NCBI RefSeq assembly: GCF_028641065.1
Contig: NC_073389.1
Coordinates: 5,456,001-5,520,000, forward strand
DNA length: 64,000 nucleotides
From: Leucoraja erinacea
Lineage: Eukaryota
Direction: 5' to 3'
The notes beneath the pieces are model-generated. The model was not told the origin of the DNA. It made no database searches and saw nothing but the letters and a program-made list of their open reading frames with translations. Made by a program: the position numbers and the translations under genes. Shown piece by piece: positions 52,401 to 62,274 of the stretch (position 1 is its first letter; every line of letters starts with the position of its first letter).

Positions 52401-55400
52401 ACGCAATGCCATGGGTGGTGGTTGAGGCAGATACCACAGGGGAAACAAAGAACTGCAGATGCCAGTTTGCACAAAAAGATACAAAGTGCTGGAGTAACTC
52501 AGCAGGTCAGGCAACATCCCCGGAGAACATGGGTCGATGACGTTTCAGATCAGTATGAAGAAGGGTCTGGACCCAAAACATCACTGAGCCATGTTCTCCA
52601 GGGATGCTGTCCGACCCGCTGAGTTAAGTTGGCATTGTGTTCAGCATGGACATTGTGGGCTGAAGGGCCTGTTCCTGTGCGGTACTGTGCTATGGTCTCT
52701 GTGTATCACATCACCCCTCTAGCAGACGGCAGCAGTTGTCCCCTAGGGTGGGCCTGTCCCGGACTGTCCCAGAGCAATATTCCACATGATGGATGGATGA
52801 ATGGATTCCAGCAGCAAACAGCGGTGCAGTCTGAGGGTGAAGCTTTGTGCACAAGTGTGTTACTGGAGGAGGAGAGGTCATGTACAAGGATAAAGGGACA
52901 CACATGACACTCTGCCATCCTTATCAGATGTGTTGGAAGGAACTGCAGATGCTGGTTTACACTGAAGATAGATACAAAATGCTGGAGTAACTCAACGGGA
53001 CAGGAAGCATCTCTGGAGAGAAGGAATGGGTGATGTTTTGTGTCGAGACCTTTCCTCAGACTGGGCGGCATGGGGAGAGGGAATCTAGAGATATGGAAGG
53101 ATAAGGTATGAAAACGGCAGATCAAAGCTGACGATGATAAAGAAATGAAGGTGACAGCTTCCCCTCAGTCAACAATGAACCATTCTACATTTCCTTATTA
53201 TCGTCTGCTTTGATCTATCATCATCACACCTTACCCTTCCATATCTCTAGTCTCCCTCTCCCCGATTCTCAGTCTGAAGAAGGGTCTTGACCCAAAACAT
53301 AACCTCTTCCTTCTCTCCAGTGATGCTGCCTGTCCCGCTGAGTTACTACAGCATTTGGTGTCTATCTCCTGCCCTCATCAGAGCCAGAACTCAGCAGTGA
53401 TTTGGAGAACTCAATATGTTTGTCAGGAATCTCAGTGAAATGCCTTTGGAAAGTCCCAGATCCATCGATAGAGACGTGTTTATTCCACATGGACACCTGG
53501 CCACATCACTCCCAGCAACACAATACTCCCAGCATGCTTGTTGCCTGCTTCTTTCTGGGTTGAAGGTAACGTTACATTGAAAGTTGTAGAACATCAGCAC
53601 TCACTTGACATTGAGCATGCACCGATTACAGCAGCCATCAGCACAGTTAGACCGCACGAAGCCAGTATTATCCACAGCAGTTTGTCTCTGGAATGACCTG
53701 CACAGATAATTTAGGAAACGCATTAAAAGTTTGACCTGAAACGTCAGAGTTTAGTGATTCTCTGCTTTACTCCTTATATACATTGACTTCTCAGCCACTG
53801 GGAAGTGTTGCCTCTTTGCAGCAAGGGAAAGCGGAAGGTGGTGTCAGGAGGCCCTGCAGAAGCCTGGGGCTCGCCTGGATCAGGACCCGCTCATAGGAGC
53901 TCGAGTGAGGACTGGGCTTTGGAAACGTTGCCAAAACCTGGCGCCTCTTGCAAGGGGGCTCAGAGGACTATTCCTGTACACTTTGCTATTTGGAGGTTGT
54001 ACTTGGGTATCGCAATACCCTACTGGACTGCATGTAAGAAGAGAATTTTACTGTGCCTACAAATAAGAACCATTGAAGCCATTGACGTGCATTTGTACAG
54101 GTGTGGCCCTCCCTTCCTCCTATCTTACTGCACATTAAGTGGAGAGCAGCAAGATCTAATGCCCATTCTCTGCCCGGTTTAGATTCAGAGATTCACACCC
54201 CACACTCAGAATGAAGGGCGAACCTTTAGTGACAGTCGGCAGCCAGGTGAGAATCTGAATGAGTCAGAGTGCAGCGGAATATTGCCTTGTTTACACGCCA
54301 ATTCCATGCCGGCCGCTCGTCCCTGCGGCACAGTGTGGTCCCATCCACCGACTCGTCCTCCCAGAGTGGGAATACCACCCAGGCAACGGTTCACAACATG
54401 CATCTCGCCTGATCTCCAGTCCAATGCTCAAGCAATTGTGAGACTCATGGTGCACTGTGTGCATTCTGCTCGCCCAACTACAGGAAGGAGAGGATGTAGA
54501 AGAGATTCACCTGGGCTTGTGGGTTTGAGTTACAGGGAGAGGTTGCATAGGCTAGACGTTTCTATACAGCAGAGGAGGCTGAGGGGTGACCTTACTAAGG
54601 TGTACAAGATCATGAGGCGCTGGGATAAAGTGAAAGTTCGCAGACATTTCCCCAGGGTCGTAACTACAGACTGTATGCAGTTTTGGTCCCCTAATTTGAG
54701 GAAGGACATTCTTGATATTGAGGGAGTGCAGCGTAGTTTCATCAGGTTAATTCCCGGGATGGATATGCTGAGAGAATAGAGCGGCTGGGCTTGTGCACTC
54801 TGGAGTTTAGAAGGATGAGAGGGTATCTTATTGAAACATATAAGATTGTTAAGGGTTTGGACACGCTAGAGGCAGGGAACATGTTCCTGATGTTGGGGGA
54901 GTCCAGAACCAGGGGCCACAGTTTAAGAATAAGGGGTAAGCCATTTAGAACGGAGTCGAGGAAATACTTTCTCTCACAGAGAGTGGTGAGTCTGTGGAAT
55001 TCTCAGAGAGCGGTGGAGGCCGGATCTCTGGATACTTTCAAGAGCTAGATAGGGCTCTTGAAGATAGTGGAGTCAGGGGATATGGGGAGAAGGCAGGAAC
55101 GGGGTACTGATTGGGGATGATCAACCATGATCACATTGAATGGCAGTGCTGGCTCGGAGGGCCAAATGGCCTGATCCTGCTCCTATTGTCTATTGCAAGC
55201 CAAAGCTTCCAGGGACCGGATGATTCACACCCCTGTACACCTGAAAGCTCCTGGGATGTGCCGCGGTGTGAAGAGCAAGGATGGACCCGGCGGCTGCTGA
55301 GAACAAGGACGCACCCAGTGGGTTGCACACAGCCGTGGGTGGCGACAGGCCCAGTTCGCCGAGGCGAAGAAGGACCTGGATGGCCGCTGCCTGCAGTGGA

Positions 55401-58400
55401 AGCGTGGAAGCCACTGAGCTCGGTCCCGAAGACCGGAGAGCCGAGGAGGAGGGAGCCGCTGGCAGCGACGGATGCAAGGAGTGGGCCGTGGTATTGCTTC
55501 CAGCGCCCGCAAGGTCGGCTGCAAGAGGTGTCCACGGGACACAGAGGTGATCGGGCGAGGAGAGAGACGTCGGCACCAGGGCCAAGCTGACTGAGGGTGA
55601 CAGAGGCTCTGCAGCAGCCTGATGCTCACTTGGATCAGAGGTGCTCCAGTACATCCAGCACGTGGACCCAACTTTGGGCTTTGGACCTTTTTCTTTTGTA
55701 AATATCGCCAAAATATGGCAACTGGGGCAAGAATTACTCTATGCAGTGTACACGTAACAATAAAGAACCATTGAACCCGAGCAGTGTGTCATTTGTGGAA
55801 AGGTTCTTCTGGACCAACACCTTTGACCACTTGTCCATCGGGCAGTGGTCAGCACGGAATTGGTCCAGCCTCCGAAAATGTCGGATGAATTTGTTGCATG
55901 GTTCATGAATATATTTATTACCCGAATAAAGTTTATTTTGAAATTTAAAAAAATCTCACCTGTTCTGAGCAGTGTGGATAGGGGTCAGTAGGAGCGTCCC
56001 TTGTAGCCAGGGTCTGGAGGGCAAGGAGCGCCGCCACTCCACCTAGGGTCCGCAAGGGGAGGAGTGGCTCTGCTGTCAGTGACCGAAGGACTGGTGACGG
56101 GATCTAGGGAGTGGGCATGGCTGAAGATGTCTCGGCCAAGCTGGCCATCCGTGAGTCACGGCGCCAGGCGGAAGCCAGATGCTTGCCCCTTTACAGGGGT
56201 TACAAGCGCGCCCGGGTGGTGTTTGAGAGGGTGGTGTTATTTGTAACATAGTTGTTTGGAAATTGAGTGTCTGAATAACTTGGTGATTTTGTAACATGGT
56301 TGTGGGTACGTCACCTGTACATCACCTGTATGTCACCTGTACGTCACCTGTACGTCACCTGTACGTCACCTGTACGTCACCTGTACGTCACCTGTATGTC
56401 ACCTGTACGTCACCTGTACGTCACCTGTACGTCACCTGTACGTCACCTGTACGTCACCTGTATGTCACCTGTATGTCACCTGTACGTCACCTGTACGTCA
56501 CCTGTACGTCACCTGTATGTCACCTGTACATCACCTGTACGTCACCTGTATGTCACTTGTACGTCACCTGTACGTCACCTGTACATCACCTGTATGTCAC
56601 CTGTACATCATCTGTATGTCACCTGTACATCACCTGTACGTCACCTGTACATCACCTGTATGTCAACACGGATGGGTTTTTTTGGTTTTTGTATCGTGTT
56701 CCTAATCAAATTAATTATTTTTGATACATCTCACCTGTGCTGCTGGCGTGGGCTCGTTCAGTGATGGGTTTGTGGAGCGTGGAGTGGTTCACCTGGCAGG
56801 TGTAGTCTCCACCCTGGCCCCAGGCGGTGAGGGTGAGGTTCAGGAAGCTGGAGATGGAGAAGGAGCCGTCAGGGTTGGGGGAGAGGGGCCCGGTCTCCGT
56901 CCCGTTGGTGAGCTGGTGTCCGTCTGCGAACCAGGACACCTGGATGGGGCCGGGGTAGAAGTCCAGCGACGTGCAGGTGAGCCGGACCCCCTGGGTGGGG
57001 GTGGACACGGGCTCCGCTCTCACCCAGACCCGCGGACGAGCTGTGGGTCAACGGCGGTGAGTTAATGAACGGTGGTGGCTAGAAACGTCCCCACTGCACC
57101 CACACAGTAGATGACCCAACACGCAGCGCCCCCACAATATGATGTTGTCCCCTGGTCCTCAGCGTCACTGACATTGGGGGTTCAGGCTTGTGCTCAGTAA
57201 AGTGCGCATGGCCATATGTTGCACAAGTCTCTCCTCAACCCACAGTCCATCTCTAGAAACGGTCAAACAAGGAACAAGTTTCACAAGCTCACGTTATAGG
57301 AGTAGAATTAGGCCATTCGGCCCATCGAGTCCACTCCACCATTCAATCATGGCTGATCTCTGCCTCCCAATCACATTTTCCCGCCTTGTCCCCGTAACCC
57401 TTGACGCCCGTTCTAACCAAGAACGACCATGGCCGTAATCAAGTTTGAAGCACTGACCATTGGTCCTGTATAACTGGGCTGCCAGCACGGGGAGGTCTGG
57501 CTGGAGAGGTGGTCGTCACATGATCACTGTGTCATTCCACTTCCAACCGGACCCTCCAAACAGTCGTGCTCCCACTCCCACGTACCCGGTGATGTAACCG
57601 TGGCGATGGGCACAGTGTCAGTGTTGTCCTCACCTCACCTCACAAACACTGTCTGCTGGCTCGCTGCTGCTGCTCTACGGTGGATCAGAATGATGGCAGG
57701 GCCCATCGATCTCCATCCCCCACATGTCCTTGCAACTGTAACCCAATCCCCAGATCATATCATCTTGAACGTGGTATCCCTCCATTGCCCCAAACACTCT
57801 TCTCCCCCCGCCCCCCCCCAACCCCCCCCCTACCCCCCCCTCCACACCCCCACCCCTTCCCACCCCAACCCCCTCCCCATCCCCCCTCCCCTCCCCAAGC
57901 CCCTATACCCACCCCCCCTTCCCACCCCTTCCCTCCCCAAGCCCCACACCCTTCCCATCCCCCCCTCCCCATCACCATCCCCCCCCCCCCAACCCCTCAA
58001 CCCCCCCCCCCCCCCCCACCACAACATCCTGTCACCGTGCATCACAGCTGGTTTGCCAACAGCCCGCCCAAGACCACAAGAAACTGCAGTGTTGTGGACA
58101 CATCCCAGTCCATCACACAGACCAGACTCTCCACATCAACTCCATCTGAACCACACGGCCTCAGAAAAATACCCTCAGCATAATCAAGGACCACTCACAC
58201 CCCGGGTCATTCCTGCTTCTCCCCTCTCCCATCCGGCAGAAGGTACGAAAGCCTGAAGGCTCATAGCACGAGGTTCAGGAACAGCTTCATCCCCACTGTT
58301 ATCAGACTTGTGAATAACTCTCCCATAAGCTATGGTATAGTCCCAATCTTCCGATCTACCTATTTGAAGCCCTTGTACTTTTTTTATCTGCACTTTCTCT

Positions 58401-61400
58401 GGTAGCTGTAACACTCTGCTCTGTTTATTTTCTCTTTGCACTACCTGTTGTACTCATGTGTGGGATGATTAGACCGGTTAGCATCCAAAACAATGTTTTT
58501 GCCTGTAGCTCGGTACAAAATAAAGCAATTCTGACCCCCACTCACCGTTCACTATCAGCCTTGTACCTTCTCCTTTTGCTGTCAACGTTGGGGGAGGTAT
58601 TTCAACAGACAATTGACAAAAGTATACGCCAGAGTCATGCAGGTGAACGTTATAGATGATTAAAGATGAGGAGTTGGCCGAGAGGTCCAGAGTAACATTA
58701 AAACCGCTCGTACAGGACTGTCGCGAACCGGAGCTGTGTTTATTTGCCATACGATGACACAATGGCCGTGCACTGGAGTTCCTCGTCCACTCAATCCTCA
58801 TCTGATCTCCGTCCCCACTGCTGTAGGAACAGTTTATCCGAGCCACATCCCCCACCAGCACCTCCATCTCTGCTGGTGTCTGGGACACAACCACGGTCTT
58901 GCTTTTCACTGAGGAAGGAAGAAGATGAACTGATTGTAATCTCCAGTGTATAATGAAGATATGGTGTTGAGATATGATGAAGAATTGAGGATATGGTGAA
59001 GAATTGAGGATATGATGTATTGAGATATGGTGAAGATATGAAGAGATATGAGGATATGATGCATTGAGAGATGGTGAAGATATGAAGATATAATGTATTG
59101 AGATTTGATGAAGTTATGATGTAGATATGTGGATATGACGTGTTGAGATATGAGGATATGATGCATTGAGAGATGGTGAAGATATGATGTGTTGAGATAT
59201 GATGTAGATATGAGGATATGATGTGTTGAGCTTACAGTTGCGTTTGAGGTTTGGTGGAAGGCGAGAGTGTGTGGCGCTAATCTGAATAAACACCAGTGTA
59301 AATATGTGCAGTGTTCACTACTGGGGTCTTGTTCTGTGCAGTTGTCCACAGCCTCACTGTGTTCTCAGCAGATTCCAGCTCTTGAAGAAGAGGAGAAGGT
59401 TCCACTTCTGGAATCGACACAAAATGCTGGAGTAACTCAGCGGGACAGGCAGCATCTCTGGAGAGAAGGAATGGGTGACGTTTCGGGTTGAGACCCTTCT
59501 TCAGACTCTTTTGCAGTTACAGTGGGCCAATGACCCATCATTTATTTATTTGCCTCTGTACTCCACACTTTGAGATTTGTAATAGAAAAAAAAAAAATCA
59601 CACGTGGTTAAAGTGCACATTGTTAGATTATATTAAAGGTTTTTTTTAAATACATTTTGGTTTCACCATGTAGAAATTACAGCAGTGTTTATACATAGCC
59701 CCCCCATTTCAGGGCACCATAATGTTTGGGACACAGCAATGTCATGTAAATGAAAGTAGTCGTGTTTAGTATTTTGTTGCTTATCCGTTGCATGCAATGA
59801 CTGCTTGAAGTCTGTGATTCATGGACATCACCAGTTGCTGGGTGTCTTCTCTGGTGATGCTCTGTCAGGCCTGTATTGCAGCCATCTTTAGCTTATGCTT
59901 GTTTTGGGGGCTAGTCCCCTTCAGTTTTCTCTTCAGCATATAAAAGGCATGCTCAATTGGGTTCAGATCGGGTGATTGACTTGGCCACTCAAGAATTGAA
60001 CATTTTTTAGCCTTGAAAAACTCCTTTGTTGCTTTAGCAGTATGTTTGGGGTCATTGTCTTGCTGTAGAATGAACCGCCGGCCAATGAGTTTTGAGGCAT
60101 TTGTTTGAACTTGATCAGATAGGATGTGTCTATACACTTCAGCATTCATTATGTTACCATCAGCAGTTGTATCATCAGTGAAGATAAGTGAGCCAGTACC
60201 TTCAGCAGTCATACATGCCCAGGCCATAACACCCCCACCACCGTGTTTCACAGATGAGGTGGCATGCTTTGGATCTTGGGCAGTTCCTTCTCTCCTCCAT
60301 ACTTTGCTCTTGCCATCACTCTGATACAAGTTAATCTTCATCTCATCTGCCCACAAGACCTTTTTCTAGAACTGTGGTTGCTCTTTTAAGTACTTCTTGG
60401 CAAACTGTAACCTGGCCATCCTATTTTTGCAGCTAACCAGTGGTTTGCATCTTGCAGTGTAGCCTCTGTATTTCTGTTCATGAAGCCTTCTGACAGTGGT
60501 CATCGACAAATCCACACCTGACTCCTGAAGAGTGTTTCTGATCTGTCAGATAGATGTTTGAGGATTTTTTTAAATTATAGACAGAATTCTTTGTCATCAG
60601 CTGTGGAGGTCTTCCTTGACCTGCCAGTCCCTTTGAAATTAGTAAGCTCACCAGTGCTCTCTTTCTTCTTAATGATGTTCCAAACAGTTGATTTTGGTAA
60701 GCCTAAGGTTTGGCTGATGTCTCTAACAGTTTTATTCTCGTTTCTCAGTCTCATAATGGCTTCTTTGACTTTCATTGGCACAACTTTGGTCCTCATGTTG
60801 ATAAACTGCATTAAAAGTTTCCAAAGGCGATGGAAAGACTGGAGGAAAGACTAGGAGCTGAGAGCTCTCTTATACCTGCATTAAGGAGGCAATTAAACAC
60901 ACCTGAGAAATTACAAACACCTGTGAAGCCATGTGTCCCAAACATTATGGTGGCCTGAAATGGGGACACTATGTATAAACACAGCTGTAATTTCTACACG
61001 GTGAAAACATAATGTATAAAAATGGCCTTTATTAAAATCTGACAATGTGCACTTTAATCACATGTGATTTTTAAAAATTACAAATCTCAAATTGTGGCAA
61101 ATAAATAAATGACGGGTCTTTGTCCCAAACATTATGGAGGGCACTGTACCCCTCAGTAAAATCACCAACATACATCTGGTCCTTATCTCTGTGTGAAAAT
61201 TGGCTCCATAATTGTGGACTAACTTCAAAACCATGAACTGAGTTGTGTTTAAAAGTGGGGACTCGAAGTGTCGAAGGGCCTGTTTTCACGTTGTATCTCT
61301 AAACAAAACTAAACTAAACTATTAAACAAAAAGTCAGAGATCATATTTCTGGCCTTGAACATTCTTCAGCTCAATTAGTGTTGAATGCCTGCGGTGTTGG

Positions 61401-61766
61401 GGTTTGTTGTCATGGTTTGTATGGTGAAAGTTTAACACAACACAGTGTGTCAGCACAGTGACGCAAGTGTCTGTTTCATCAACGTTAACCTCGTTGTATC
61501 TTGCAGTAAACGTTGTACACTTCATCCTTTATCCATTGTGCGCTGTGGACAGTTTGATTGTAATCATGTACAGGCTTTTCTTTGACTGGACAGCACACAA
61601 AGGTCTATTGCTGGACCTTACACACAACAATAATAAACTGAACGAACATAATTCATCGTTTCTCCAATCACTTGTACGTTGATGGGTGTGAAGGAAACTC
61701 ACCTGCAGTTAGACACATGTAAAGAACAACACCAACTCCGGCCACTGGTGATCTCAGGAACCTCAT
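49327..61766 (-). CDS. Unnamed non-rearranging VJ-C1 immunoglobulin-superfamily receptor with a CD28H/TMIGD2-like V domain (~319 aa)
   Basis: Phase-1 exons join in frame (960 nt): leader 61703-61766, VJ 58546-58908, C1 56735-57040, TM 53605-53697, cytoplasmic/stop 49327-49460. All junctions are canonical GT-AG. Confidence 0.82.
49820..51085 (+). mobile_element. CR1 RT/3' fragments (two adjacent copies)
   Basis: KFADD, WQMQFNV and [11 protein letters not shown] motifs; 3' UTRs. Confidence 0.88.
52930..53367. repeat. Inverted pair of Penelope-derived terminal repeats (~210-bp arms)
   Basis: 52965-53150 is the reverse complement of ~53185-53367. Confidence 0.8.
53605..53697 (-). CDS. VJ-C1 receptor transmembrane exon
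   Basis: TGTGCAG acceptor; (G)HSRDKLLWIILASCGLTVLMAAVIGACSMS; donor A|GTGAGT; phase 1-1. Confidence 0.82.
54480..55195 (+). mobile_element. CR1 3' fragments
   Basis: [17 protein letters not shown] and 3' UTR. Confidence 0.85.
56306..56665. repeat. 11-bp minisatellite (GTACGTCACCT)n, ~32 units
   Basis: Direct tandem array with CG to TG/CA variant units. Confidence 0.97.
56735..57040 (-). CDS. VJ-C1 receptor C1-set exon
   Basis: (A)RPRVWV...LTCTSLDFYPGPIQVSW...NPDGSFSISSFLNL...W...YTCQVNHSTL carries C1-set signatures (CxxxxFYP, DGSF, YxCxVxH); 306 nt. Confidence 0.93.
57800..58020. repeat. C-rich low-complexity tract (G-rich on the sense strand of the VJ-C1 gene)
   Basis: Runs of C in the V-C1 intron. 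Confidence 0.85.
58546..58908 (-). CDS. VJ-C1 receptor V(J) exon
   Basis: VVVSQTP...INCSY...RIEWTR...PLC...SCT...DSGVYFCQLSVEIPPPTLTAKGEGTRLIVN; the J-like GxGT strand is in the same exon; 363 nt. Confidence 0.92.
58950..59230. repeat. Degenerate GATAT/GATGA low-complexity repeat
   Basis: Repeated GAGATATG/GAAGATATG units. Confidence 0.85.
59474..59507 (-). ncRNA. Minimal type-I hammerhead ribozyme motif in a Penelope terminal repeat
   Basis: Minus strand GT-CTGAAGA-A-GGGT(CTCA)ACCC-GAAA-CG-TC-AC. Confidence 0.6.
59520..61146 (-). mobile_element. Tc1-family (IR/DR, DD34E) DNA transposon, near full length, inactive
   Basis: TA flanks at 59518 and 61147; CAGTG...CACTG ends; ~210-bp TIRs with DR CATAATGTTTGGGACA. 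Transposase has an HTH (ISQTLGLPKSTVWNII), WADE, QQDNDPKH and SPDLNPIE with 34 residues between D and E; it is frameshifted. Confidence 0.95.
61703..61766 (-). CDS. VJ-C1 receptor leader exon
   Basis: MRFLRSPVAGVGVVLYMCLTA with donor CAG|GTGAGT. A pyrimidine-rich acceptor 15 nt upstream (exon starts 61781) implies a further 5' exon. Confidence 0.75.
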
Positions 61767-61961
61767 TGTACCCCTGGCATCCTGAAGATGGAGAAGAGAA
61801 ATGATTCAACTGCTCATGCAGGGAATTGTCAGTCCGTGGGTTCGAGCCGTATGTTTGTGTCGGCTGCTGCAAGTAAGAATTTCATTGTTCCAATGTCAGT
61901 ACATTTGACAATGAAACACTCTTGACTCTTGACTGTAATTTGGAGAAACTATCTACACTTA

Positions 61962-62270
61962 TGCCCCTGTCCCACTGTATGAGGTAATTCAAGAGTTCTC
62001 CCGAGTTTCCCCTGATTTGAACTCGTAGAATTCAGGTAATAGCCGTTCGTAGGTACTCGGGGCTCTCGTGGACATTTTTCACACTGTTCAAAAAAGTTCA
62101 GGAGTTTACCGTGTTTCCCGGGTATCTGCCGTTAGCGTTACGAGCCGCTAAGAGACGTCCCCGAGCTCCGACGTACCCGCCACGTACATTCTACGTGCTT
62201 ACCACGAGTTTGATTTTTTTGTTAAACTCGGGAGACCGCTTGAATTACCTCGTACAGTGGGACAGGAGCT
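61962..62270. mobile_element. MITE with GCCCCTGTCCCACTGTA TIRs (Harbinger-like)
   Basis: CCTGTCCCACTGTATGAGGTAATTCAAG ... CTTGAATTACCTCGTACAGTGGGACAGG. Confidence 0.8.
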
Positions 62271-62274
62271 ATAG

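Noticed and set aside
55111-55711. GC-rich overlapping ORFs here and at 32297-33017
   Set aside because: No recognisable domain or splice support; they resemble GC-rich repeat UTR sequence.
56296-56764. Repetitive Cys/His ORFs (VTCTSPVRHLY)n, and a CRISPR-like appearance
   Set aside because: They are translations of an 11-bp tandem repeat with no spacers, in a vertebrate genome.
58546-58908. V exon as a rearranging or germline-joined Ig/TCR segment
   Set aside because: It lacks the WYxQ and FGxG motifs and visible RSS, has an extra Cys pair and VEIP loop, and its TM is uncharged. Kept only as an alternative for phylogeny.
59520-61146. Transposon in the VJ-C1 gene as a RAG/Transib-like insertion
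   Set aside because: It is Tc1 (TA TSD, DD34E) and lies in an intron, not splitting the V exon.
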